This document shows, in pieces, positions 10,084-19,099 of a DNA stretch of 64,000 bases; position 1 is the first letter of the stretch, and each line of letters opens with the position of its first letter. Under the pieces are notes generated by a model. The model had not been told where the DNA came from. It saw only the letters and a program-made list of their open reading frames with translations, and made no database searches. A program made the translations under genes and the position numbers. This DNA is from an uncultured Erysipelotrichaceae bacterium (GTDB lineage: Bacteria > Bacillota_I > Bacilli_A > RF39 > UBA660), in NCBI GenBank assembly GCA_902776735.1, contig CACYRE010000001.1, forward strand, positions 48,395 through 112,394. The letters are read 5' to 3'.

Positions 10084-10112
10084 ATTATATCATAAGATTT
10101 TATAAATGTAAA
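10084..10112 (-). promoter_or_regulatory. sigma-A/sigma-70-type promoter TTTACA-N17-TATAAT (extended -35 TTATTTACATTT)
   Basis: Minus strand TTATTTACA|TTTATAAAATCTTATGA|TATAAT, ~25 nt upstream of SD for helicase-HTH gene. Confidence 0.7.
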
Positions 10113-10121
10113 TAAGAAATT

Positions 10122-10478
10122 TTAATATGGTTCATAAGTCCACACATTTGGAATTTCAAATATACCACTATATAACATCTTTTCCCAATTATGAGCTATT
10201 CTTATTTCTCTTATATAATCACTATATTTACCAGATAAAACATCTTTCATAGATAATTGTTCTTTATCATTTATTAATATAATATCATCATATAAATCGT
10301 CTCTATCTTTATCTTGTTCTGTTTTATATAATGAAGAAGTTAGAGCATGAGTTTGAGTAGTTACTATTAAGTCATCTCTTCTTTTAATAGCTTCTTTTAA
10401 TGATTGAGCTGTAAGACAACAAATCTCTATATCTTCTGCTGGAATTTCTTTAGTTAAATAAATCTTAATTAATCTCAT
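10122..10478 (-). CDS. hypothetical protein
   Basis: ORF in array. Confidence 0.45.
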   Translation of the reverse strand: MRLIKIYLTKEIPAEDIEICCLTAQSLKEAIKRRDDLIVTTQTHALTSSLYKTEQDKDRDDLYDDIILINDKEQLSMKDVLSGKYSDYIREIRIAHNWEKMLYSGIFEIPNVWTYEPY

Positions 10479-11010
10479 TCTTTTCTAATCCTCCTATTAT
10501 TTGAATAATTTTATCTTTATTCTTTCTTACTTCCATCATTTTATAATACATTGCTAAATCTGGACAATGACTTGCTATAAAGTTATCTAATTCTAATCCA
10601 GTTAGATTTCTTTCATCTATATATTCTTGAGCATCTAATATTGGAATAAAATCACATTTAAAATCTAAATCTTTTGGATATTTTATATAAGTTTTAATTC
10701 TACTTTGAAGTGGTACTGAAACATTATCCTCAGAAGCTAATAATATTAAAGGTAATTTAATTTCTTCTACTAGCTTTAATAATATTGTATCTCTATATAA
10801 AGCTGATATATCTTCTATTACTATAGGCTTATTATATTTAACTCCATAAAAATTGGTAATTAATTCTTTAGCATCTTCAGTATTATAAATCTTATAAATG
10901 TTTCCTTTATAAATCATCTTAAATAAAATAGCAGCTCCTCCTACTAATAATACTGGAGTTTTACCTTTTATATCTTTTAAAGTTTGATAAATATAATCTA
11001 ATCTTGTCAT
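10465..11010 (-). CDS. hypothetical protein
   Basis: ORF overlapping neighbours by a few nt (operon-style). Confidence 0.5.
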   Translation of the reverse strand: MTRLDYIYQTLKDIKGKTPVLLVGGAAILFKMIYKGNIYKIYNTEDAKELITNFYGVKYNKPIVIEDISALYRDTILLKLVEEIKLPLILLASEDNVSVPLQSRIKTYIKYPKDLDFKCDFIPILDAQEYIDERNLTGLELDNFIASHCPDLAMYYKMMEVRKNKDKIIQIIGGLEKNEIN

Positions 11011-11312
11011 TTTCTTAATTCCTTTATAGCTTTATTATATTCTTCTTTTAATATAGTTTCTCTATTCTTTAAGTCTAATTCTTTTCTAGCTTCTTTATAA
11101 GTACTAAATAATCTATGTTCTTTATAAGTATTAAGTCCACAAGTAGTTCTATCTAAATCTGATTTATTTATGCCTTTAAATCTTACATAATATAATTTAT
11201 GCCAATCGCTATAATTACATATTCTACATCTTTCTATATGATGTACTATTTTATTATTTTCTTTATGATATTTTATAATATATACTATGTCTCCTATATT
11301 AAATGTGTTCAT
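11007..11312 (-). CDS. hypothetical protein
   Basis: ORF, 4-nt overlap with downstream gene. Confidence 0.45.
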   Translation of the reverse strand: MNTFNIGDIVYIIKYHKENNKIVHHIERCRICNYSDWHKLYYVRFKGINKSDLDRTTCGLNTYKEHRLFSTYKEARKELDLKNRETILKEEYNKAIKELRK

Positions 11313-11490
11313 TATTTAAATCCTCTTGATTTTGATTTATATTATTACTAGTAGTTGTATAAGTATAAGTATTTCTTCCTTGTCCTCCACAAGGACACAT
11401 TATAGTATTTGGAGATAATATATTTTTACATATAGGACATTGCCAACCTTGTGGTACTATTCCAAAAATTTCATAATTATTTACTTTCAT
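11299..11490 (-). CDS. small zinc-ribbon protein
   Basis: CPICKN...CPCGG motif; RBS AAGGAGGG upstream. Confidence 0.45.
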   Translation of the reverse strand: MKVNNYEIFGIVPQGWQCPICKNILSPNTIMCPCGGQGRNTYTYTTTSNNINQNQEDLNNEHI

Positions 11491-11528
11491 AATTAAACCC
11501 TCCTTTATTTATAATTATGCAAAATAAA

Positions 11529-11549
11529 AAGGAGGGTTTAAACCTCCTT
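11529..11549 (-). terminator. intrinsic terminator hairpin (AAGGAGGGTTTAAACCTCCTT palindrome + T-run on minus strand)
   Basis: Perfect 8-bp stem, followed by TTTTTATTTT on minus strand after gene 11612..12331. Confidence 0.6.
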
Positions 11550-11611
11550 AGCACAAGTCCTATAAAATAGGATGCACCTCTATATCTAGTAGTGGAGAAT
11601 AGTCCACTTTA

Positions 11612-12331
11612 CTAGCTATTTGATTGATTTTCAAGCTTCTTTTTAATTTCTTCCATTGATAAACCATTTATAAGACCATCTCTAATTTCTTCCATTTGAT
11701 TACTATCAAATTCTGGTTTAGCATAAGTTAATACTTGTTCCATAGATAAATCATAAAAACCGTATCTAATTTGTCTCATTTGATATTTATCAAATTCTGG
11801 TTTAGCATAAACCTGTATTTCTTCCATAGACAAGTTACGGTCAAAACCATTTCTAATTTCTTCCATTTGTTCACTGCTAAATTCTGGCTTAGCATAAACT
11901 TGTACTTCTTCTATAGATAAACCATCATAAAAACCATCACTAATTTTATCCATTTGATTTTCATTAAATTCTGGTTTAGCATAAACTAATACTTGTTCCA
12001 TAGATAAACCATTTCTAAAATCTACTCTGATTATATGCATCTGGTTTTTATTAAATTCTGGTTTAGCAAATAATAATACTTGTTCCATAGATAAACCATT
12101 ATAAAATCCATTTCCAATTTCATACATTTGACCATTATCAAATTCAGGTTTAGCATAAACTTGTACTTCTTCCATAGATAAGCCATGTCTAAAGCCATTT
12201 TTAATTTCATTCATTTGCCATTTATCAAATTGTCCACTTTCTTCGCACTGTTTAATAAAGTTATCTTCTGTAGTCCCTTCATTTAAATTATTTTGAATAC
12301 TTTCTAATAATTTCATTGTATCATTTTTCAT
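11612..12331 (-). CDS. leader-bearing repeat protein (family 1 leader MKNDTMKLLESIQNNLNE; 7 x ~33-aa repeats)
   Basis: N-terminal 18 aa identical to 12336..12719 (57-bp identical DNA); body is 7 tandem repeats GFxxGLSMEEVQVYAKPEFxxxQMxxI. Confidence 0.65.
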   Translation of the reverse strand: MKNDTMKLLESIQNNLNEGTTEDNFIKQCEESGQFDKWQMNEIKNGFRHGLSMEEVQVYAKPEFDNGQMYEIGNGFYNGLSMEQVLLFAKPEFNKNQMHIIRVDFRNGLSMEQVLVYAKPEFNENQMDKISDGFYDGLSIEEVQVYAKPEFSSEQMEEIRNGFDRNLSMEEIQVYAKPEFDKYQMRQIRYGFYDLSMEQVLTYAKPEFDSNQMEEIRDGLINGLSMEEIKKKLENQSNS

Positions 12332-12335
12332 ATTT

Positions 12336-12719
12336 TTACCTTCTTAATATTTTTAATTGTTCATTAGCACATTGGTCTAACAAATCAATAACTTCTTCAA
12401 TAGATACACCTGTTTTTTCTTTTCTGTTGATTGCTTTATTGTCTTTTATAATATCTACATAAATATCATAATCATCACTGTGTTTATTATATCCAATAAA
12501 ACCTAGTCTTATAGAAGTACCACCAGATATATAACCTTTACTATCATATATATCAGCAGCAAATCCAATATTTCCTGTACCAGTATCATATTGATAAACA
12601 AATTTATATACTTTATTTATTGTAGAAGTTAACATAGATATAAATTGTTCTTTATTTATATCACTCTCATTTAAATTATTTTGAATACTTTCTAATAATT
12701 TCATTGTATCATTTTTCAT
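12336..12719 (-). CDS. leader-bearing protein (family 1 leader MKNDTMKLLESIQNNLNES)
   Basis: Identical leader to 11612..12331, unrelated body. Confidence 0.6.
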   Translation of the reverse strand: MKNDTMKLLESIQNNLNESDINKEQFISMLTSTINKVYKFVYQYDTGTGNIGFAADIYDSKGYISGGTSIRLGFIGYNKHSDDYDIYVDIIKDNKAINRKEKTGVSIEEVIDLLDQCANEQLKILRR

Positions 12720-12776
12720 AATAATATTCTCCTTTTTTAATATTTTCTAATATTATATATAAAATTAATACTAATT

Positions 12777-13583
12777 TTAATCTAATTCTTCAGACCTTAT
12801 AGTAAACTCACCATCAAATTCTTCATTATATTCGTCTGGATTTATTCTTTTATATTTACCTGTCATAGTATTCTCTATTTCAACCATAAAACCATTCATT
12901 AATTTGTCATGAGCAAATAAAGTAGCTTCAGTCCAGTCATTAGTTTTTAATTCATCTTCTGTATCATGTAATTTATAATCATAATAAGAGCATACGATAT
13001 ATTTTGTATCATTACTAATTTCATTTAAACTACTTTGAATACTTTCTAATAAATTTCTAGTTTTACTTCTAAATTCAATAGATTCATTTACATTAGATAA
13101 TCCTAATTTCTTTTCAACAATTTCTTTATGATTATCATGTATTTTACCTTCATTATATAAATTTTCTAGAGTTTGTTTTAATATATCAACATCTTTAGAA
13201 AATACTTGAATTATTTTTTTTGGACTTCCTTTTGTTTTTCTATATGGAAGACGAACACTTCCATAAGCCATATATTGATTATCTGGAATAGTTGTAATAG
13301 AATTTTGATTAACTTCCATTATTAAAGTATCAGGTAGTTCTAAATCATCTGTTAATTTTGGATTATCTCCATAAACATTCTCACTTTGATAAATTGCAAA
13401 ACCAACATGTAGAATATCATTTCCAGCAATTCCATTTATAAATTCACTTTGATTCTCTCCTAGATATAATCTAATAAAACAAGTATCTCCTCCTAAAGCT
13501 CCTAAAGATATGCTTATTCCACTATTAGGAAATCTTTGTTTATATGCATTTTCTATTTGAGATTTAAACTCACCATAAGTCAT
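12777..13583 (-). CDS. two-domain protein with internal family-1 leader-like segment (RNLLESIQSSLNEIS at ~aa 170)
   Basis: Internal copy of LLESIQxxLNE motif between two domains; RBS AGGAGGAAATAAAAAATG. Confidence 0.6.
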   Translation of the reverse strand: MTYGEFKSQIENAYKQRFPNSGISISLGALGGDTCFIRLYLGENQSEFINGIAGNDILHVGFAIYQSENVYGDNPKLTDDLELPDTLIMEVNQNSITTIPDNQYMAYGSVRLPYRKTKGSPKKIIQVFSKDVDILKQTLENLYNEGKIHDNHKEIVEKKLGLSNVNESIEFRSKTRNLLESIQSSLNEISNDTKYIVCSYYDYKLHDTEDELKTNDWTEATLFAHDKLMNGFMVEIENTMTGKYKRINPDEYNEEFDGEFTIRSEELD

Positions 13584-13597
13584 TTTTTATTTCCTCC

Positions 13598-15634
13598 TTA
13601 TAATACTTGAATAGCTCCAGTAGATGCAAAATAAAATCCACTAAAATCTAAGTCTCTACCTAAAGCTCCATAATCAAAATAATCAGATAAATCATTTCCA
13701 TCTGCAATATCTATTTCTAATTGTTCTTCTACTACAGAGTCTAACCATTCTTCTACTAGGTCATAAAATTCATCACTACCTTCATCTATATCTGGGTTAT
13801 CATCTCTTACAGATTCTTCAGCTGCTTCTCTCCAGCTTTCTCTATAAGCTTTTTCATCAATATAATTTTCTTTATTAGCTACTCCTTCAAAACCTCCAAT
13901 CATATCTACCCAGGCTTCACCTAATTCTTCTTCAGTTTCTACTCCTGGAAAGAATATATAATCCCCAGATTCTAATATATCCATACAAGTATCAAAATCA
14001 TCATTTTGGTCTTCCATTATAGCAGTAAAAGCAGCTCTTTCATCTTCTGATAATTCTTCAATCTTTTCAAGCTGTTCAATAACTACCCAAGGATTTGAGT
14101 ATTCATCTATAGTAAAAGGAATATCTCCTTCAGTATCATTTATAAATGGTTCTTCATCTTTATGTGCTTCTAAAAATTCTTTAGCTTGTTCTAATTTCAT
14201 CCAACCACCATTTATTTGTTCTACATCTGCTCCATTTTCATTATAATTTCCCCAAGTATTCATAAATAATTCAATATTTAATGGATTATATTCTTCTGTT
14301 AATAAACCTTTTTCTATACTATCTTTTCTTACATTTTCTAAACTAGATTCTTCTAATTGACTTAATTTATCCATTAGAAAATCTCTTTTAGACTCTAAAC
14401 CAGAAATATTTTTATTTGGGTCAGAATTTGCTATACTATCTTGTACTTTTTCTAATTCTTTCTTTATAGTTTCAGCATAATCTTTTCTTGTTTTATTTGA
14501 TACTGATTCAGACAACATATCATAAACTTCTTGTGTTTCATATCTTATTATATGTTTTCCATCTTTATCAGTTCCATTATACATAGGACCTAAATAACCT
14601 TTAAATTGTAATTGATTATCTAATTCTTCTCTTGGAACTACACCACCATTATTTCTATATTTTGAATTATCAGGAGATAATTTATCTTCTTTTATTGGTA
14701 ATTTTTCTGCTTCTTCTCTTGTATAAGTTCCAGCATAATCACCACCAACTAATTGATAGACATAATTATTATAATCAGCCTCTTCATTTAAAGCTGATTC
14801 ATCATATTCCTCAAAATCAAAGTTTTGATTTACTTCTTCTAAAAATTCATCTAAATAATTATCATTTACAGAATCTAAATCTGTATTTCTTAATGCAAAC
14901 ATTATTACTTGAACCATTGATTGCCAGGTTTTTGACCTATTAAAATCTTCTATATTATTAGGCATTGATGAAATAAAACCAGAACTAGAAGAATAATTTG
15001 ATTTTAAAAAGTTTTCAAATTCACTATTTGATAAAGCTTCTTTTCTTAAATTTTCATATTCATCTTGATTTACTTCTAAATTAAATTCTAGCTCGTCTCC
15101 TGAATAATTATATTGACTTGGATGATAAACTTTATTTGCTATAATTTTAGCACTTGGAAGAACTTCTTGTATTGTTTTTTCTATATATTTTGGAGCAATA
15201 TCTTCTATTATTTTATCTAATTCTTCTAATGAAGCACTATCTGGTAATCTGTCACTTAAAGAATACATATCAACATTTATTATTGGAAGTACCCCAGTAT
15301 TTAAATCTATATCTAAATTAGCTCCAGATTCATTTAAATTAGATTCATCTAATGATATACTTCCATAACCTTTATATTCTTCATATCCTTGGTCTTTTAA
15401 TTCTCTTGCTTTTTGTCTTAATGCTTTGCTTGTTAATTTTTTATGTTTATTTAAAGGCATTGTTTGACTATTAACAAATTGAAATTGTTTAGTTTCATTA
15501 TTTATAATTAAACCTAAAATACTAAAGTTAAATTGATTTTTAGACACATAGGTTTCGTCACCAGATAACATTTTTTTGTCATCTTCTTTTAAATTTGCTT
15601 GAATATTTTCAAATAACTTTTTTGTTCCTGACAT
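13598..15634 (-). CDS. large leader-bearing protein (MSGTKKLFENIQANLKED)
   Basis: 678 aa; N-terminus fits family-1 leader consensus; RBS AGGAGGATTAAAATG. Confidence 0.65.
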   Translation of the reverse strand: MSGTKKLFENIQANLKEDDKKMLSGDETYVSKNQFNFSILGLIINNETKQFQFVNSQTMPLNKHKKLTSKALRQKARELKDQGYEEYKGYGSISLDESNLNESGANLDIDLNTGVLPIINVDMYSLSDRLPDSASLEELDKIIEDIAPKYIEKTIQEVLPSAKIIANKVYHPSQYNYSGDELEFNLEVNQDEYENLRKEALSNSEFENFLKSNYSSSSGFISSMPNNIEDFNRSKTWQSMVQVIMFALRNTDLDSVNDNYLDEFLEEVNQNFDFEEYDESALNEEADYNNYVYQLVGGDYAGTYTREEAEKLPIKEDKLSPDNSKYRNNGGVVPREELDNQLQFKGYLGPMYNGTDKDGKHIIRYETQEVYDMLSESVSNKTRKDYAETIKKELEKVQDSIANSDPNKNISGLESKRDFLMDKLSQLEESSLENVRKDSIEKGLLTEEYNPLNIELFMNTWGNYNENGADVEQINGGWMKLEQAKEFLEAHKDEEPFINDTEGDIPFTIDEYSNPWVVIEQLEKIEELSEDERAAFTAIMEDQNDDFDTCMDILESGDYIFFPGVETEEELGEAWVDMIGGFEGVANKENYIDEKAYRESWREAAEESVRDDNPDIDEGSDEFYDLVEEWLDSVVEEQLEIDIADGNDLSDYFDYGALGRDLDFSGFYFASTGAIQVL

Positions 15635-15645
15635 TTTAATCCTCC

Positions 15646-16128
15646 TTATTTAAATATAAATTCTTGACTATTATTATGTTTACCAGATAATTTTGATGAA
15701 AAAGCTTTTGTATTTTCTTTTGAAAAAGACATATTTTTTTCATTATTATTAAATTCTCCAGCTAAAGTTCCATCTGCTTTAATAAAACCAAAATAATCCT
15801 TATCCTTCCAAATTATACTTTCTTGATTTAATTTTTGTGCTATTTTTAAAGCTTCTTCTTTTGGAATATTATAAATTATATAACTATCTTCATTACCTGT
15901 TAATCCATCATCATAAGTATACTTACCTTTTATTAAATTATACCCAATATTATCATATTTTGAACTTAACTTTCTTATAAAGTCATCTAATTCTTCTCTT
16001 CTATCTCTCTTTGTATTTTGGTCTTGACTTCCAATTATTGCAAAAGACTTATCATCTTTGGTATGTTGATAAAGTCTAGATAAAGATATTTCATTTAATC
16101 TATTAATTATATTAATAGTATCTTTCAT
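15646..16128 (-). CDS. hypothetical protein (N-term NIINRLNEIS LxE motif)
   Basis: ORF; leader-like LNE|IS near N-terminus. Confidence 0.5.
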   Translation of the reverse strand: MKDTINIINRLNEISLSRLYQHTKDDKSFAIIGSQDQNTKRDRREELDDFIRKLSSKYDNIGYNLIKGKYTYDDGLTGNEDSYIIYNIPKEEALKIAQKLNQESIIWKDKDYFGFIKADGTLAGEFNNNEKNMSFSKENTKAFSSKLSGKHNNSQEFIFK

Positions 16129-16130
16129 TT

Positions 16131-16718
16131 TTAATTTCCTTCCTTCTCAATAAATTTATCATCTAATTCTTGAAGTAATCCTTCGACCCATTCTTGTAAT
16201 TCTGGATATAATTTTATAGTATCTTTATTTGAGTTATAATATTGATTTGCTGTATCTCCAAAGACATATCCCATAGCTTGCCAGTCACAAATCATTTCTA
16301 TATAAGCTTTCTTTACTTCTACTAAATCTGTCATAGGAGTTAATTCTCCACTTTCATCTGTCCAATATTGCCAATGATGAGGATTATTTCTAAAATGATG
16401 ATACCAAGCTGCTTGAAAATTAGCTTCATTTGCTGTTTTTTCTTCATCATTTACTGGATTATAATTAGCTCTATAAGCATCAAACTCCTCTTCTCCCCAT
16501 TTAGATAAGTCATGTTTTTCTATTTGTTTAGTTAACTCATCATAATTTTCTTTAATAAAATCATCATCTAAAGTAGATACTTGTTCTAACCAAGCTTTTT
16601 GCACATTTTGTATATGAGAATCTACATATTGAGAATAATCATTAATGCATTTATCTAAGTCTTCAGATTCAGTTATATTTTTCTGTATACTTTCTAATAA
16701 ATTTTTAGTCATTGACAT
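16131..16718 (-). CDS. leader-bearing protein (MSMTKNLLESIQKNITESE); start refined from ORF-track 16757 to 16718
   Basis: Strong SD GGGGAGGATTAAT 8 nt upstream of ATG at 16718; ORF-track extension MWYNICVLRGGLI overlies a perfect TTTACA-N17-TGnTATAAT promoter, so is not coding. Confidence 0.65.
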   Translation of the reverse strand: MSMTKNLLESIQKNITESEDLDKCINDYSQYVDSHIQNVQKAWLEQVSTLDDDFIKENYDELTKQIEKHDLSKWGEEEFDAYRANYNPVNDEEKTANEANFQAAWYHHFRNNPHHWQYWTDESGELTPMTDLVEVKKAYIEMICDWQAMGYVFGDTANQYYNSNKDTIKLYPELQEWVEGLLQELDDKFIEKEGN

Positions 16719-16745
16719 TATTAATCCTCCCCTTAACACACATAT

Positions 16746-16774
16746 ATTATACCACATTTTTAATGAAATGTAAA
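16746..16774 (-). promoter_or_regulatory. promoter TTTACA-N17-TGnTATAAT
   Basis: Minus strand TATTTACA|TTTCATTAAAAATGTGG|TATAAT with extended -10 TG; drives leader-protein gene 16131..16718. Confidence 0.7.
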
Positions 16775-16781
16775 TATAATT

Positions 16782-17882
16782 TTAATCTATACTTAAATCT
16801 TTGCTTCTTAATTTATAATATTCATCTTTAAGTTTAGATATATAATCTTCACTTCTTAATTCTTTAAATACTAAATTACCTATACTAGCTTCACCTTCTT
16901 CAGCTAAACCTAGTTTTCTCATCATATAAATTTCATTAATTAAATCCATTATTTTATCTGTATCTTTAGATACTAAAGCATTATCACATTTCTCTTCATA
17001 TTCTGATAATTCATTAGATATATCTGGAATATCATAGTTTATAGGAATAGGAACTTTAACCCATTCTTGTTTTAAAATACTATATCTACCATTAGTAGCA
17101 TTACCTGACATTATATCTTCAATATAAAGTTCTACTGGTATTCCTTTAATATTTAAATCATAATTATCATTAAATGAACTCTTTTTAGAATTATATAATT
17201 CTTGTAATACTGTAGGCTCTATATAGCTTAAAGCAAAGTTAACAATAATATGCAAATCTATATCTGATTTATTATTATAATTATAGCTAGCATTACTTCC
17301 AACTATTTCTATATCTACTATATTAAGAGGAATTTCTATATAATTAAGAAACTCATCTGAAATTTCTTTTAAAGATTTTAGTACTTCTTCTTTCATAGTC
17401 ATATTAGTATTCCATAGTTTAGGATTTAAATCTTCATGAACTTCTATAGCTTCTTCTAGTTTATCAAAATGTTGACTCTCTGTTAATATTTCTCCCTCTT
17501 CTATATTACTAGCTCTATGAACATCTATAAGATTTAATAGATATTTAGTTTGAGTATTAAAAGCTTCTATTTTTTCTTCATTAAAATTACTTATAAAATC
17601 TTCAGACTGTTCTTTATATCTTAATAAAGTTTTCTTAAATGTAGATTCACTAACATCTGAACTAGAATCTGGTTCATAAGTATATCCTAAATTATTAAAG
17701 TTAGTAATAATATTATTTAAATTATCAATTATATCACCCAGAATATCATCTGAGACACTTTTATCTTCATTATAATAATATTTATCAACTAACTCTTGAA
17801 TATTATATAAATATGGTATTGTATTATCTTTTAAATCTTGAAGTACTATAGTTTCTTTTAAATATTTAAATAAATCACTCAT
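16782..17882 (-). CDS. nucleotidyltransferase-fold protein (GS-x10-DxD minimal NTase motif)
   Basis: IVGSNASYNYNNKSDIDLHIIVNF matches G[GS]x9-13[DE]h[DE]h of Pol-beta/CD-NTase superfamily; N-term YLKETIV (LxE). Confidence 0.55.
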   Translation of the reverse strand: MSDLFKYLKETIVLQDLKDNTIPYLYNIQELVDKYYYNEDKSVSDDILGDIIDNLNNIITNFNNLGYTYEPDSSSDVSESTFKKTLLRYKEQSEDFISNFNEEKIEAFNTQTKYLLNLIDVHRASNIEEGEILTESQHFDKLEEAIEVHEDLNPKLWNTNMTMKEEVLKSLKEISDEFLNYIEIPLNIVDIEIVGSNASYNYNNKSDIDLHIIVNFALSYIEPTVLQELYNSKKSSFNDNYDLNIKGIPVELYIEDIMSGNATNGRYSILKQEWVKVPIPINYDIPDISNELSEYEEKCDNALVSKDTDKIMDLINEIYMMRKLGLAEEGEASIGNLVFKELRSEDYISKLKDEYYKLRSKDLSID

Positions 17883-17921
17883 TTAATTCCTCCAATAAAT
17901 ATCTCTATATTTATATATAAA

Positions 17922-17962
17922 AATCAAGCTCTAAATCTTCGACAGACTAGAGCTTGATTTCT
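17922..17962 (-). terminator. hairpin (13-bp stem AAATCAAGCTCTA / TAGAGCTTGATTT) downstream of mazG
   Basis: Perfect 13-bp inverted repeat with 14-nt loop. Confidence 0.5.
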
Positions 17963-17963
17963 T

Positions 17964-18275
17964 TCATGAATGGACAGGTTTTCCAATATCATTAAATTTA
18001 TAAGTTCTTGACTTATTCTTTTGTATCTTTTTCTCGATTTCTTTCTGTAAATCGACTCCTTTAATCTCAGCTATTCCTAATAAGAATATAGCAACATCAG
18101 CGAGTTCTTCCGGAAAAGTATCTTTCTGTTTGTAATAAGCGTCATAAGCTTCAGAAACTTCACCATACAAATAGCAGAATTCCTGTTCTATATTTGTAGT
18201 ATTAAATCCATGCCTCCGTTTGTTTTCCAAAATCTCTCTTTGAATCTCTTGTAGTGTCATAATTATAACCTCCAC
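17964..18275 (-). CDS. mazG: MazG-like nucleotide pyrophosphohydrolase
   Basis: EVSEAYDAY...EELADVAIFLL EExxE/D metal-binding pattern; locally higher GC than surroundings. Confidence 0.7.
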   Translation of the reverse strand: MEVIIMTLQEIQREILENKRRHGFNTTNIEQEFCYLYGEVSEAYDAYYKQKDTFPEELADVAIFLLGIAEIKGVDLQKEIEKKIQKNKSRTYKFNDIGKPVHS

Positions 18276-18311
18276 TTAATATTGTATTTATTGTTACTAA
18301 ATATTAATATG

Positions 18312-18605
18312 CTAATTTTCTACTAGTTCTAAATTTATCGTTGTTCTATTATGATATTCGTTAGTTACTCTCATTTCTGTTACTAAAAAATTTTTAGTAT
18401 CTTTTTTAACTTTATGATTTTTTGTATAACAGAAATTAATTTGTATAGGTTCACTTACTGGATACATATTCGGCCAAATATTAATTTCACTGTGTTTATT
18501 TTTATAATATCCTTTTATTTTCTTTTTAGGTTTATCTGATTTGTAATTATATTTAATATTTGATACTTTTGCTAACATATAATAATCCTTTCTCTGTAAT
18601 TTCAT
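18312..18605 (-). CDS. hypothetical protein
   Basis: ORF; partially overlaps phosphoesterase gene 3' end in track, true extent uncertain. Confidence 0.35.
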   Translation of the reverse strand: MKLQRKDYYMLAKVSNIKYNYKSDKPKKKIKGYYKNKHSEINIWPNMYPVSEPIQINFCYTKNHKVKKDTKNFLVTEMRVTNEYHNRTTINLELVEN

Positions 18606-19098
18606 CTAAAGATACTGGATAATAATTCCAATTATCAACACCTACATTAAACCTATTATCTCTATGCAATTCAGTTTTATAACTATGTAAATGTCCATGT
18701 AAATGAATAGAACCATATTCCATACCATTCCAATTTTCTATAGGATAATGACATAAAACTATATCTTTTCCTCGGTCTTTTATTTCTTTATAATAATCTA
18801 TACTTTCAAACAGTCTAGGATTAAAACTTTTTCTATCTACCCAAGAGTCATGATTTCCTCTAATTAAATGAATTTTACCATTTAATTGTTTTATAAAGCT
18901 CATTAATATATCTATTGGAAGAGAATTACCTACAAATGCAAAGTCTCCTAAAATATAGACATCATCATTCTGTTCTATTTTACTGTTCCAATTTTTTATT
19001 AATTTTATACTCATCTCATGTACATCTATAAAAGGTCTATTTTCATATTTAATTATATTTTTATGACCTAAATGTAAATCCGCAGTGTAGTAAATCAT
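18553..19098 (-). CDS. calcineurin-like metallophosphoesterase; start refined to internal ATG at 19098
   Basis: Motifs DLHLGH, GDFAF, GNHD, HGHLH; SD GGAGAAAATAAA-ATG at 19098; ORF-track start 19137 lacks RBS and would overlap upstream gene. Confidence 0.75.
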   Translation of the reverse strand: MIYYTADLHLGHKNIIKYENRPFIDVHEMSIKLIKNWNSKIEQNDDVYILGDFAFVGNSLPIDILMSFIKQLNGKIHLIRGNHDSWVDRKSFNPRLFESIDYYKEIKDRGKDIVLCHYPIENWNGMEYGSIHLHGHLHSYKTELHRDNRFNVGVDNWNYYPVSLDEITEKGLLYVSKSIKY

Positions 19099-19099
19099 T

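Noticed and set aside
14632-14943. plus-strand ORF (103 aa)
   Set aside because: Antisense inside 13598..15634; His/Leu/Tyr low-complexity.
16719-16757. ORF-track N-terminal extension MWYNICVLRGGLI of gene 16131
   Set aside because: Overlies a perfect promoter and the SD of the real start at 16718.
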